DNA from: Laetmonice hystrix
Taxonomy: Eukaryota
Direction: 5' to 3'
Assembly: GCA_965235115.1 (NCBI GenBank)
Contig: OZ249436.1
Span: forward strand, 18,354,001-18,418,000
Length of the DNA stretch: 64,000 bases
Part shown: in pieces, positions 47,416 to 59,965 of the stretch
How positions within the stretch are numbered: position 1 is the first letter of the stretch
How the letters are laid out: every line of letters starts with the position of its first letter
The notes under the pieces: generated by a model
The model's database searches: none
Told to the model about the DNA's origin: nothing
Seen by the model: only the letters and a program-made list of their open reading frames with translations
Position numbers and translations under genes: made by a program

Positions 47416-50150
47416 GAGTCTACTGATGCCAGTTCATACTCTGTTGGGGCAGTCTTGACTCAGACAGATAAATCAGGTTTGGACAGGCCAAGACACTACC
47501 TGTCCAAAAGTCTCAATGAAACTCAAAAGAAATGGAGTACAATCGAAAAAGAGGCATTCGCAGTGGTCTATGCCTTGAAGAAGTTGAGACCCTATCTGTA
47601 TGGCGCTCAATTCACCATTTGGACAGACCATAAACCCCTCCGGGCGTTGTTTGTGAGCGAGGTCAACAACACCAAGATTCAACGTTGGGCAGCACTGATC
47701 AGTGAGAACAATGCACCAATACAGTACACCAAAGGGTCCCATAATGTTTGCGCTGACATGCTTTCCCGTTTGCCAGCTCAGCCATCTGGCCAAAGCGATG
47801 TTGCCCTCATTGATGTTGATGAGCCGTGGATAGCTCCAAACAAAGAAGTGGGAGTCGAACCCACTCAAGCATTCTGGGAATACGATGGGATTGACTACAA
47901 TGAGCTAGTTGCCCAACAACGTGCTATGCCTGAGTATGTAATGGGTAGCCAGGATGAGACAGGCTACGAGCTACATGATGGTGTCCTGTACACCCTACGT
48001 GCACCCCGCGGTTATCCCATGTACCCTCGGCTTGTGTGACCACCAACCTTACAATCTCGGGTGAGACAGAACGCCCATGAAGATGTCGGTCATCAGGGGG
48101 CAGCCAAGACTATCTCCCACCTGCTGAGGTACTACAAGTGGCCAGGCATGTGGACAGAGGTGCGGCACCATCTGCAGAAGTGTGAACGGTGTGTTATCTA
48201 TCAAGCACGACGTGAGTACCCTCCTCCATCTGACATGCCTGTAGCCCAATGTCCGGGACAAATTGTAGCATTCGATCTTTGTGGACCAATGCCAGTGTCA
48301 GACCAGGGTAACCATTATATTCTGACAGCCTTGGACCACGCCACGGGATGGGTGGATGCGCAACCCATTCCCCAGAAAACCCAGAAGTGTGTGGAAGCCT
48401 ACATTCTGAACGATTTCATCGCAAGGTATGGTGCTCCCGAAATGGTAATAACAGACCAGGGGCTGGAATTTAAAGGGAAGGTATTGGTTGACAGTTTTAC
48501 GCGCCTAAAAGTCAATCACAAACGTACCACGTCCTACCATCCCCAGACAAATGGAAGGTTAGAGCGTGCGCAAATTAGTAAACAACCAGAGTGCAAGATG
48601 GGAGGATCAGCTTGTTGCTGCTTTGTGGGCCCACCGGATAACAAGGGGCCCCAATGGATTTACCCCATACCAGCTGCAGTACGGACGTGAACCGCGGGTG
48701 CCTTTAAGTCGTTTGTTGGAGGCAGATACTGTGAACTGTGCCCAAGATTATGGTTATCGGTATGGCATCCTGGCAGATGCGTTTCAGGAAGCTGCCAGAA
48801 ATACGGCTGATAGTCGGCAGTATAATCGGATGGTCCTTGAAAAACGTGGCAGAGCAAAGGATCTCAGAGCTGGAGACCACGTTATCGTGTTGGCCCAAGA
48901 ACGAGCCCCATTAGACGCTCGTTGGGATCAACGTTACATAGTTGAGTCAGTGCGGGGACCAGTCGTCCGGATCACAAATTAGTGGACTGGCCGCCGCCAG
49001 GCTATCAATCGAGATAAATTGTTGCTTGTGGATTCCGACCTTAATTGGGATCTCACTAACCTGCGAGTTCTGCGAGGGAGACGCCCGGCACGTGTGCTAC
49101 CGGGAACACGACCCCCTCCACGTCAACAGATAAGTCCTGTACCGGATGGTGCTCCTCCTCCAGATATACCTCCTATCAGCTCACCACCTGGTACACCCGG
49201 CTCTCCGGCTTCAAGGCGGAGTCTCTCTGATGCTGATGCTAACGAGCCAATGGATGACGCCATGGAGGAGGAGGAGGCTGCTGACCACGGCATGGAGGTA
49301 GAGGATCAAATAACTGTGCCTGAGGCGGAGCCTCAGCCTAGCACCTCCACAGCATCTGGCACCACTGAGGATTACCGCAGCCGGTTGAGACCTCGAAAGA
49401 GACGGCCAGAACTCTACATTGGCGACCACCTTACCTCAGGGGAACAGGAATTGGCGAAACGACGATGTGTTCGTTTAGCCGCTCAGTTCTGTTCCTCTCC
49501 TGTTTCACGGTAGTGGTGGCCACGGTATTTGAGGATAATATGCAAAAGTCTATGATTATAAAAGTAAAATCGTGATATCAACGTCTACGGACGTGACGGC
49601 AACTACACGTTGCCCAGCAGTGGCTGCTGTTAAGACCCGAGTGCATGGACTTGCACTGATTGACATACCCCCCGGTTGCCGCCTCGAGGTTGCCGGTGCG
49701 GAAAAATATCATGCTCAGGACATTCGGTCTCATATTGCACAGTCTTGGCGGCCGGACAATATTAGTAGAGCTTCGCTGAACTTATCTTGATCCGTCGTGA
49801 ATAAGAATCTAACACTGAAAGGTCTGCACATTGTTCCCCGAGCCCCGATTAGCCACCTTCGAAAATTAACCTGGAAACCCTCTATGGAGGATGGGACCAT
49901 TCTAGCTTGGTCACCGGGTGCACACGGTGTTCCTTGGCTTGGATTGGTTGCTTTTATTTTGTCAGTTTTGAACAGCCTTTATATCGTACAGCAAAGCTTC
50001 CGTGAATGGTGGACGCGAAACCGACCTAAGGAGTGGGTTGTCCAAAGTTCCATGAAACAACACTCTCCTCCCAGTACCCCTACCGTTCTTGATATGGCTC
50101 CCGGGTCTTTAAGTTTTCCGTAGGGATACGTGAAATGGGGAGGTGTGTAG
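47416..50150 (+). mobile_element. 5'-truncated Gypsy LTR retrotransposon: RNase H, integrase, env-like remnant, PPT
   Basis: TDASSYSVGAVL, EKEAFAVVYAL, WTDHKPL; HHCC (HEDVGH..CERC), FDLCGP, TDQGLEF, YHPQTNGRLER; stops at 48037 and 48980, frameshift ~48570; purine tract GAAATGGGGAGG then TG(TG)TAG at ~50144. Confidence 0.9.
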
Positions 50151-50250
50151 AAAATTTTTTTTTTACTTTTTTTTTTTTTATATATATACTTAGCCTTCAT
50201 CGTCTCTCGTTAATTAATTAAATTAAATTCTGCCAAATGTACTATCACCA

Positions 50251-50390
50251 TTGTATTGTATTGTATTGTAATTGTAATTGTAAAAATTGTAAAAAAAAAT
50301 GTATTGTATTGTAATGTAATGTAAAATGTAAATAAATAAATATAAAAAAAATAATAATAAATGAATAAAAAATAAATAAATAAATAAATA
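50251..50390. repeat. (ATTGT)n/(AAAT)n simple repeats
   Basis: visible directly. Confidence 0.85.
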
Positions 50391-51775
50391 ACGGCTGAAG
50401 GCTCTGTGGACATGTACAATTTCGGTCAACGTTTTGTATTGTTTTCTATGGGCCACTTGCCACGGTTCATTGTTGATGAACCAGAAGTATGCATTCCAAA
50501 CAAGTCAAGGAAGCGTGAACTCCTTTTCAGTATGTATCTTACTTGAGAGCCGACACTCTCAGCTGAGGTGGCACAGAAACATGAATATTAATTAATTTGG
50601 CCGATGGTGACCAAACACGCATGCGTGGTGGGAATGTGAACCGGTTAGGCCCGGTTTGAGGAGCAGCACGTACAGTGAAACACGTCAGTGGGATGGAGAA
50701 GTTGGATTACTCACCCCCTCAAAGAACTCCATTGCTTCGCAGCACCATGGTCAAGTTCTAAGTGACAAAGACCTGGATAAGGCCGAGAAAATAGAGGTAG
50801 GATTTATTGTATAATGAGCTTAGGTACAGACACTTCATTACACTCCATGTAGGCTACAACGTTCGCCAACGTCAGGTAGACTGTCACGTCTGTAAGTGTG
50901 TGCCACAGTGCTGTTGTGCAACAGACAAGGGCTACTCTTCGGTGTTCTGATGCGAGTTTGCGCCGATCCGGGCCCAGTCGTAGTCTGACAATTCATGCTG
51001 CCGGTAAAACTGTTAGTATCATGCAGTCAACAATCAAACTGTTCTTTCAGCCCTCGGGCAAAGTACGGGACTGTAGGGTCACAACAGGGGGTCGCCTGGG
51101 TCAAAGAACCATTCAGAGGCCTCACCGGTGGGCGATCATGCTTTGCCTCAGATGCCAGATCTTTGGGCTTTAGGATGTAGTAGTCCGGTCGACAAAGACA
51201 GTGTCTGCCTTTCTGTTTCTGCATTCGTTGTGATTGACGTTACCAAACCCTGACCAACATGCCGACTGTAGTGATCAAGGTAGGCCTATCTGCATGGCCA
51301 TGTTGCCGACGATCCTTGACCTCTGAGATTCAAATCTAATTGCACCTCATTGAGACAGAGTTTGTCAGTTACTTGCTGCAGTCTCCTTCTTTGCATGAAA
51401 ACTGACTGCTCTCAATATGACGGAATTGTCATTGTTGAGGCATTAAAAATAATGGATTAACAAGCTTGAATATTCTCATGTTTTAATTCTTCTATTATTT
51501 CTGTTTTCCCATTTTATGACTCAGCTTCACCAAGAGGATCCACACAGGCGCCCACATGAAAGAGCGCGAGAGCCAACTAAGTAGACGTGAAGGCAGCAAC
51601 ATCGCCCTGAATGAAACCTGCACGGATATAATGCTGATATGAAATGTATAGGAATGCCATGTCCTTGCCCTTTTGCTCGAGTATGTGGCCGCCTGTCTCC
51701 CCGCCTTTCTTCCAAGATACCTTCGGATCTCCGTGCAATTCGAACTATCTACTTAAGTGTACCTTATGGTTTGCC

Positions 51776-51836
51776 TTGCTTGCCTGTCTGCCTGCTTGCC
51801 TGCCTGCCTGCCAGCCTGCCTGCATGCTTGCTGCCT
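51776..51836. repeat. (CCTG)n microsatellite
   Basis: visible directly. Confidence 0.85.
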
Positions 51837-53355
51837 TCAGTTGAAGACGGGCTCCAAAGAGATCGAGCAAAGTTAAGACATAAAGACTATAACCTGAATC
51901 ATTCAAAAAGTCGACGTCAGAATACTTAAGCATTGTCAGTGATTCATTGAAGCAGAATAACGGCATATAGTGTAGCTAATTTTACGCAATTTCTTTTCTT
52001 ACTGCCTTCACGTTCTCAAATATTTGTACGAACACTTGCAATGTCAAATAGATAGTCCTACAGTACGTGTCACCTACTGCAAGCCGAAATAGTAGTCGCG
52101 ATCAATAAAACAAAGATCAACTCCATGGATTCCGCCACGCACCCTCCGATTTGAAATGGATGGGTGTCATATTGGGTGTGATATATTCCTACACAGCGAG
52201 TCAAGCCGACCAGCTCAGCCGTTAAACAATATTATAAACAATAATTAACATAAAGCAAGCCTCGTATTCGACCAGTCGATTATTGAGGGGACACTTGCTG
52301 GCCCGACTTCGCCGTTATTACGATGGAATCGACTTTATGAAGTCAAAACTCGGAGAGAAGGATGGTATTGTAGGTTACATTTTATTTGTATTGTAAACCG
52401 TCGATTCCCTCCCTATAAGAGGACTCTATACAAAAATAAACCCCGTAGATCCCTTATGACGTTGAATAATTAATTACATCACATGCTAACACTACTCCGT
52501 CATAAGTCGTTATAAAGTTATGTCAAAACTCAAAAGAGTCTGATAGAATACTGATTAGCCCTATTAGATGGAGACAACATGGGCCACAAAGAAACAACTC
52601 GGAATGCCCTCCCAAATCAACCCAATCCCCCCCCCCCCCCCCCCAAAAAAAAAAAAAAAACGGACAGAAACGCTGACCCCGAGTAACCCTCCCCTTAACC
52701 TTACCCAGCTCGGAAACCCCAGCGAATGTGTACGGAGGCGTCGTGGTTATGAAATCGGTGAAATATCGCAATGTATCAAGACTACAACGTGAGGTTGCAG
52801 ATCGAATCTGTGTAGCGATGACGTAGTCGTCACTGATTGAATCACCAAAAGATTGTTTCGTCCATGCTCCAGTTTTTAAGGACGTCAGGATGGTCGTAGT
52901 CATTGATTGGGCCACTAACTTGATGTCGTTTGAGTATAGGATTAATGATTCTGTCACTCAAGAAATTTCCCCAGGTTAATTGAGACCCTAATCATACCAA
53001 AGGCGATGGTGATGAAATCGGTGAAACATCGCAAGGTATCAAGACTACAACGTGAGGTTGCAGATCGAATCTAGAGCTCTGTGTTTCGGTGGCCGCAGTC
53101 ATCATTGATTGAATCACTAATGAAATGTTCCGTATCCTACATGTTGACCTGAGCCAGCCAAAATATCATCCCTGCCAGTCAAAATTTCAATGCACACTGC
53201 GATTCTGATTCTAAGCCGCTTTGATATCTTCCCAAGTCGCTGAAATACACACTGCATGCAGAGCCATCTGCAGAGAAATGATGGAAGCGTCACCTCTTAA
53301 TTTTGAGATGACTTGAAATGGCTGGGAGATTTCCCTTCACCTACGACAAATCCAT

Positions 53356-53779
53356 CGCCATCTTGTGAGAAAGGTGGAAACTATTGCATTGGAGCCTGCT
53401 GAAGAAAGCCGAATGTGACATCATCAATGACGTCAGGTGAGATACTACCTTTAAATTCAAGGTACGTTTTAATTAAAGCAAATCTCAGTCGACTGAAATA
53501 AATTCAACTGGCTATATCTTAAAAGATATTGATCATTTTCCCCCGAAAACCAAATGTGATACCCATTGATACAAAAGGAAAACATATGACCACAAAGTGT
53601 CGAGCAGGATTCAGTTTAAAAAAATTATTTTCAAAAATGACCTGAATTTTCGCCTTCTCAGCTTCTTTCGAGCACAAGGCCTTTCGTCCCACTGTTTCAC
53701 GATAGGTGGCGCTGCATTTTGCCGATAGTGGGCCATGAACCTTACACACCCTCCCAGAAACTGGGGGTGGCGCTGTATT
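53356..53779 (-). repeat. copy 1 (inverted) of local ~430-680-bp repeat
   Basis: reverse complement of 54168-54590. Confidence 0.9.
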
Positions 53780-54167
53780 AGCCTTCATCGTCTCTCGTTA
53801 ATTAAATTCTGCCAAATGTACTATCACCAAAGCTGGTTACTCGCCGGGACAATGACTCTACGACACATCGTTACACTTAAGTTAGATATTGTAATTTAAC
53901 GTTATTTTGTAAGTCTGTCGGTGGACTGTTGCGGCCGTATCTCCTACTCGTTTCGATATTTTAGCTCTCTATGTGTAACAGATGACCCTAGAATTTCACC
54001 CATTATTTCCTTTTATTCTATTTTGTCTCAATATGTAGTTTGTTATATTTCGTGTACCCAAAATAAAGAAAAGTGCACCAGTGGCAAGCTTGAATTTAAG
54101 GAAAAGAAGACGGAAATCAGCCTTGGCATTGGCAGCCATTATAGGCCTACCACAAACAGCTGAGGCG

Positions 54168-54847
54168 AATACAGCGCCACTTCCAGTTTCTGGGAAGGGT
54201 TGTAAAATTCGCGGCCCATTACAGGCAAAATGCAGCGCCACCTATCGTGAAACAGTGGAACGAAAGGCCTTGTGCTCGAAAGGAGCTGAGAAGTCGAAAA
54301 TTTAGGTTATTTTTGAAAATCAATTTTTTAAACTGAATCTTGCTCGACACTTTGTGGTCATATCTTTTCCTTTTGTATCAATGGGTATCACATTTGGTTT
54401 TCGGGGGAAAATGATCAATATCTTTTAAGATATAGCCAGTTGAATTTATTTCAGTCGACTGAGATTTGCTTTAATTAAAACGTACCTTAAATTTAAAGGT
54501 AGTATCTCACCTGACGTCATTGATGATGTCACATCCGGCTTTCTTCAGCGGGCTCCAATGCAATAGTTTCCATGTATGTCAAAAGATGGCGCTGTATTTT
54601 TGTCAGCGCCATCTTTTGAGATAGGTGGAAACTATTGCACTGGAGCCCGCTGAAGAAAGCCGGATCCGTAACATATGTTACATCACGACACATCCTTACA
54701 CTTATGCTTCCTTTAGTTTAAAATTCCGATGTGGTCTGACAGCCCCCAACACATGGCGGATCCGATCCGGTCATCACGACGCTGTCTTTCTGAGGAAAAA
54801 TCTTGTGTTGTGAACCACTGTATATTCTATCACTGATTGGCGTTATT
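54168..54847 (+). repeat. copy 2; includes TA-CAGCGCCA..TGGCGCTG-TA unit and 133-bp palindrome 54533-54665
   Basis: direct alignment to 55682-57260. Confidence 0.9.
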
Positions 54848-55681
54848 AACTTAAACCTGGTCATATCCAACATTTTATTTTTTTTAATTTAACACTCTTG
54901 TCTGTGCCATATAGATGTTTGTATACTAGATTAACATGTGCACAACTTACGGTCAATGTGTAATTTTTAAATAAAACCAACAGAAGCCTTTATATTTAAT
55001 TAATACTCAATTTTTTGCGCCTTTTTAAACATATTAGGCCTATGCAGATCATTCCTAACACTTACCGCGTTCCCCGATCCCGCCCAATCGACAGCTTGGC
55101 TTCAGACACTAGGGCGCCGCCTGATGAGATTAGCCGACAGGAAGTGGACACTTTGAAAATCATACACACAAAAAGGACAAACGCCATACGTACTTCTCTT
55201 ACATGTTTATTGATTTCTTCAGATACTTACAGCGTCTCTGCGGGTTTGGTCACAAGGAATTCTGGTGTGTTGGAGCACACTACTAGTAAATATTTACGAA
55301 TAGAGGTCTACGGTTTTAGACATCAGATTCAGCTAGTCAGACAATTTCCTATGTTAGCGTATCCACACCGACAACAGGTTTACGTTCAACAGGTACAGCA
55401 GCAAAGCAATAACTCATCCACCTTACCAGCGCAAACGATCCATATAGGTTCAGGAAGTGCAGGTTTAGTCACGTGCACAGAAAATCCCCCGAAAACTACC
55501 AGTACCAGAGATATATCTATATATAGACGCGCAACCTTACAGTTGGGTTGTATGTGGTTTGGCTTGGGATACGAGCAGACGTGGGGTTCTCCCATTCCGC
55601 GGAACGTAGTTTCTTAGCATTAGGAAGCCTGCACTTGGGCGCGCTAGTCTTAGATCTTGTACTACGGTCGAATACAGCGAG

Positions 55682-57260
55682 TACAGCGCCACCTCCAGTT
55701 TCTGGGAAGGGTTGTAAGATTCGCGGCCCATTACAGGCAAAATGCAGCGCCACCTATCGTGAAACAGTGGAACGAAAGGCCTTGTGCTCGAAAGGAGCTG
55801 AGAAGTCGAAAATTCAGGTCATTTTTGAAAATCATTTTTTTAAACTGAATCCTGCTCGACACTTTGTGGTCATATCTTTTCCTTTTTTGTTTTTTTTTAT
55901 ACATTTTTTTATTTTTTCTACATTGATATACAATATGTACAATATACAATACACATACACAAGTACACATACATGACATACAGAGACAACAGAGTTATAA
56001 AACAAAAGGTATTATACGGCAGCTGGTGTACAAAAATTAAATATTAATATGTTCTAGTGCAGTCCAAAGGGTTCCCCATTTGTCTATAAACCTATGTATT
56101 TTGTTCATGTTAATCGATATTTCCATTTCAACTTCTAATTCGTACCTCAGTTTCTTTAAAAAAGCTGGAAGTGTCGGCGCCAGTTCCCTTAACTTTGATT
56201 GGTAAATATAATATTTTCCTAATAGCACTACTCCATTCCACGCTGTCACATGTGGACTGTAGAGCAGGTTTCCGAAAATGACATGCATTTCCGAAATTTC
56301 CATTTTGTCATCTATAATATTATTGAACCAGTGTTTCACCTGTTCCCAAAAAGCGTTAACTCTCTCACATCTATATAGCATATGGACAATTGTCTCTTTC
56401 TCCCCGTCACAAAAGGTGCACAAGTCACTGTCCTTCAGACCCATTTTTAATAGAACTGGATTTAATACTACCACATTGTGGAGTACCTTGTATTGAAATT
56501 CTGTTATCTTTTTGTTTTTCCATAAAGTGCCGTATAAGGTATAAATCTTCTTCCAAGTTTCGTCCTTTATATGATACTCTACATTGTATTTCTCCTTTCC
56601 CGCTGATTCCCGACATAACTTTTTTTGTATTAACATTCTGTATATTATTTTTGTTGACGTAGTCTCCAAAACATACGATACTTTCTTATCCCCAATTTTT
56701 CCGCTTAACACCAAACCATTTAATGCACTGTCTACAGGTGTTTCGGGGCTTGCAGGTGTTGCCTTCTGTTTTAAAACTGCGCTTACTACCCTTTTGTATC
56801 AATGGGTATCACATTTGGTTTTCGGGGGAAAATGATCAATATCTTTTAAGATATAGCCAGTTGAATTTATTTCAGTCGACCGGGCCGGAGCACCTTTAAT
56901 TAAAACGTACCTTAAAGGTGCCCCTTTCTCACCGTTTGCTGACGTCATTGATGATGTCACATCCGGCTTTCTTCAGCGGGCTCCAATGCAATAGTTTCCA
57001 TGTATGTCAAAAGATGGCGCTGTATTTTTGTCAGCGCCATCTTTTGAGATAGGTGGAAACTATTGCACTGGAGCCCGCTGAAGAAAGCCGGATCCGTAAC
57101 ATATGTTACATCACGACACATTATGTTTCCTTTAGTTTAAAATTCCGATGTGGTCTGACAGCCCCCAACACATGGCGGATCCGATCCGGTCATCACGACG
57201 CTGTCTTTCTGAGGAAAAATCTTGTGTTGTGGACCACTGTATATTCTGATTGGCGTTATT
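55682..57260 (+). repeat. copy 3, interrupted by a LINE
   Basis: resumes exactly at CCTTTTGTATCAATGGG after the insertion. Confidence 0.9.
55887..56789 (-). mobile_element. 5'-truncated Tx1/L1-clade LINE (ORF2 C-terminus, 3' UTR, A-rich tail)
   Basis: FQYKVLHN..LLKMGLKDSDLCTFCDGEKETIVHMLYRC..FW (zf-RVT CCHC); AATAAA/A tail; CCTTTT duplicated at 55881 and 56790. Confidence 0.9.
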
Positions 57261-59009
57261 ATCCCATTTCCCTTACGGGGAAATGGGATGTTGTTCTTGT
57301 GTGCGTTCGTCTTCTCTATTTTTTTTTATTTATTATCGTCGTAGTTAGACAATGGCCGTTTCTCAGCCAGTTTTCAAGGTATCTGGATGAAAATTTCATG
57401 GTAGGTTGGCCATGTCATGACTACATCTCCATATCAAGCAGTACGTCATGGGCCTTCATGCTTCCGAGTTATGACGTGTTATACACGTCAAAAAGCACTT
57501 CACATTTTCAACTGTCAAGACCAAAGAAATAGCAATAGGGTTATTATCTCTCAGATACTGGAAAATGAATGGTTCCTTAATACTTTTTTATGAAAATTTC
57601 GCTGATGACCTTTGGCCTTTTTAAGAACTGGGTCACAGGTCACTTCTCACATAAATCTACGATTTTGAAGTAGCTTTCTTTAAATGAGGGCCAAATTGCA
57701 CAGAATGATTGCTCGTAGATATGCGCAGAAGTTGTCGCATGGATTTAGCGATATGACGTATATTGGCGGAGTCGCGTGACATCAAAGTTTGATTCTGTGG
57801 CCAGTTTATCAGACATCGGTCATATCTCTGACAGTTTTCAACAGATCTTAATGAAAATTGTTGTGCTTAAAGAGGGTGGGATGATAAGCCAAATTTATGA
57901 AAAATTTCTCCTATGACGTCACTTTTTCGCGTCATGACGTCATTCATCTATCCTAGATAGGACCTTCATACTTCTAGGTCTGTGTGTCTCAATAGCTGAG
58001 TGGGTAACATACCCGACCGAAAAGCTGGAGATCGCGGGTTCGAATCCCACTTAGAGATGTCTTTTTTGTCTGAAATTTTTCGTAATCTTAACGTCGTAAT
58101 GCAAATTTTGATATTTAGAAAAAAATAGCTATATTGTCTTTTTCAATTTGATGGTCAGTCATATAAGCTAAAAGTTGGGTTCTATGGCCGTTATACGAGA
58201 AATCGGTCATATCTCTTGCAGTTTTCAACAGATCTTTATGAAACCAGTTGGGCTTAAAGAAGGTGGGATATTGAGCCAAATATATGCAATGTTCTCCTGT
58301 GACGTCACTGTTATGTGCCGCGACTCCATCCATAAGATAGGACCTTAGTACCGCTTCAGTTGTGAGTCTCAATAGCCGATTGGGTTACAGACCCGTTAGA
58401 CAGTTTGTAAATCATGGGTTCGAATCGCAATACGGATTTTTTTTTTCAACTTGATGGTCACTCATAGGACCTAAAAGAGGGGCTCTGTGGCCATTTTACC
58501 AGAAATCAATCATATCTCTTGCTGTTTTCATGAGATCTTAATGAAACTGTGCTTTTAAAGCAGGTGGGATGTTGACCCGAAATTTGGCACACAAAATTAT
58601 TGAACTACAAATTATTCTAAAAACCAACCCAATGAGTTCCCATCCACTGTGGGGTTTAGCCCAATTCTAGTTTAGATTTGTTGATATGTTATACGTTATC
58701 TAGAAGTTTCACTATTTCAATGGCTGCGAACACACAACTGAATGCAAATAAAATATGTGGGATGGTTCCTTAATACTTTTTTTTACCAAAATTTTACTGA
58801 TGACTTTTGACTTTCTTAAGGACTGGATCAGAGGTAACGTCTCACATAAATCTACGATTTGGAAGTAGATGTCTTCCTATTATCCTCGTCAAATGCGCTC
58901 TCCATATCAATCTTTGTCATGTAGCCTATGGGTCATCAGGCTTACAAAATGTCTGTATGTATTTTAGGGAACTGGGATCAATGATTGCAGGCAATCATGC
59001 TGACTAGTT
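57258..59009 (+). mobile_element. Helentron-associated (HINE/DINE-1-like) non-autonomous element, complete
   Basis: 5' subTIR+IR hairpin ATCCCATTTCCC..GGGAAATGGGAT (57261-57289), internal tandem repeats, 3' subTIR GGGAACTGGGAT (58967-78), stem-loop ATGATTGC/GCAATCAT, CTAGTT end; no TSD. Confidence 0.75.
57986..58059 (+). pseudogene. tRNA-derived cassette (A box/B box, GAA in loop) inside repeat
   Basis: TAGCTGAGTGG, GGTTCGAATCCC, T6 at 58062; stems imperfect; related copies at 58366, 59662 and 63103. Confidence 0.75.
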
Positions 59010-59965
59010 ATCGTCGTAGTTAGACAATGGCAGTTTCTCAGTCAGTTTTCAAGGTATCTGGATGAAACTTGAACGGTAGGTTGGCCATGTCAGGACTGCC
59101 TCTCCATATCAAGCAGTACGTCATGGGCCTTCATGCTTCCGAGTTATGACGTGTTATACACGTCAAAAAGCACTTCACATTTTCAACTGTCAAGACCCAA
59201 GAAATAGCAATAGGGTAATTATCTCTCAGATACTGGAAAAGGAATGATTCCTTAATACTTTTTTTATCAAAATTTCGCTGATGACCTTTGCCCTTTTTAA
59301 GGACTGGGTCTCAGGTCACTTCTCACATAAATCTACGATTTTGAAGTAGCTTTCTTTAAATGAGGACCAAATTGCACAGAATGATTGCCCGTAGATATGC
59401 GCAGAAGTTGTAGCATGGATTTAGCGATATGACGTATATTGGCGGAGTCACGTGACATCAAAGTTTGATTCTGTGGCCAGTTTATCAAACATCGGTCATA
59501 TCTCTGGCAGTTTTCAACAGATCTTAATGAAAATTGTTGTGCTTAACGAGGGTAGGATGATAAGCCAAATTTATGAAAATGTTCTCCTGTGACGTCACTT
59601 TTTCGGGTCATGACGTCATTCACCCATTCTAGATAGGACCTTCGTACATTTTGGTCTGTGTGTCTCAATAGCTGAGTGGGTAACATACCCGACCGAAAAG
59701 CTGGAGATCACGGGTTCGAATCCCACTAAAGTACGTAATTTTTATCTGATTTTTTTCGTATTCTTAACGTCAAAATGCAAATTTTGTAATTTAGAAGAAA
59801 AGTATTCAGCTATATTATATTTTTCAATTTGATGGTCAGTCATATGACCTAAAAGTTGGGTTCTATGGCCATTATACCAGAAATCAATCATATCTCTTGC
59901 AGTTTTCAACAGATCTGTATGAAACTAGTTGGGCTTAAAGCAGGTGGGATGTTAAGCCAAATTTA
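59010..59965 (+). mobile_element. second head-to-tail, truncated copy of the same element
   Basis: aligns to ~57335-58285 with scattered substitutions. Confidence 0.85.

Noticed and set aside
50190..50250. snRNA/spliced-leader-like short repeat (also 53779-53829)
   Set aside because: No convincing match to U6/U6atac or an Sm site that I can recognise; treated as a repeat end.
55121..55160. CTGATGAG hammerhead-like core
   Set aside because: No correctly spaced stem II and GAAA.
57986..58059. Functional tRNA-Phe gene
   Set aside because: Acceptor, D and anticodon stems do not pair properly; embedded in a repeat; treated as tRNA-derived.
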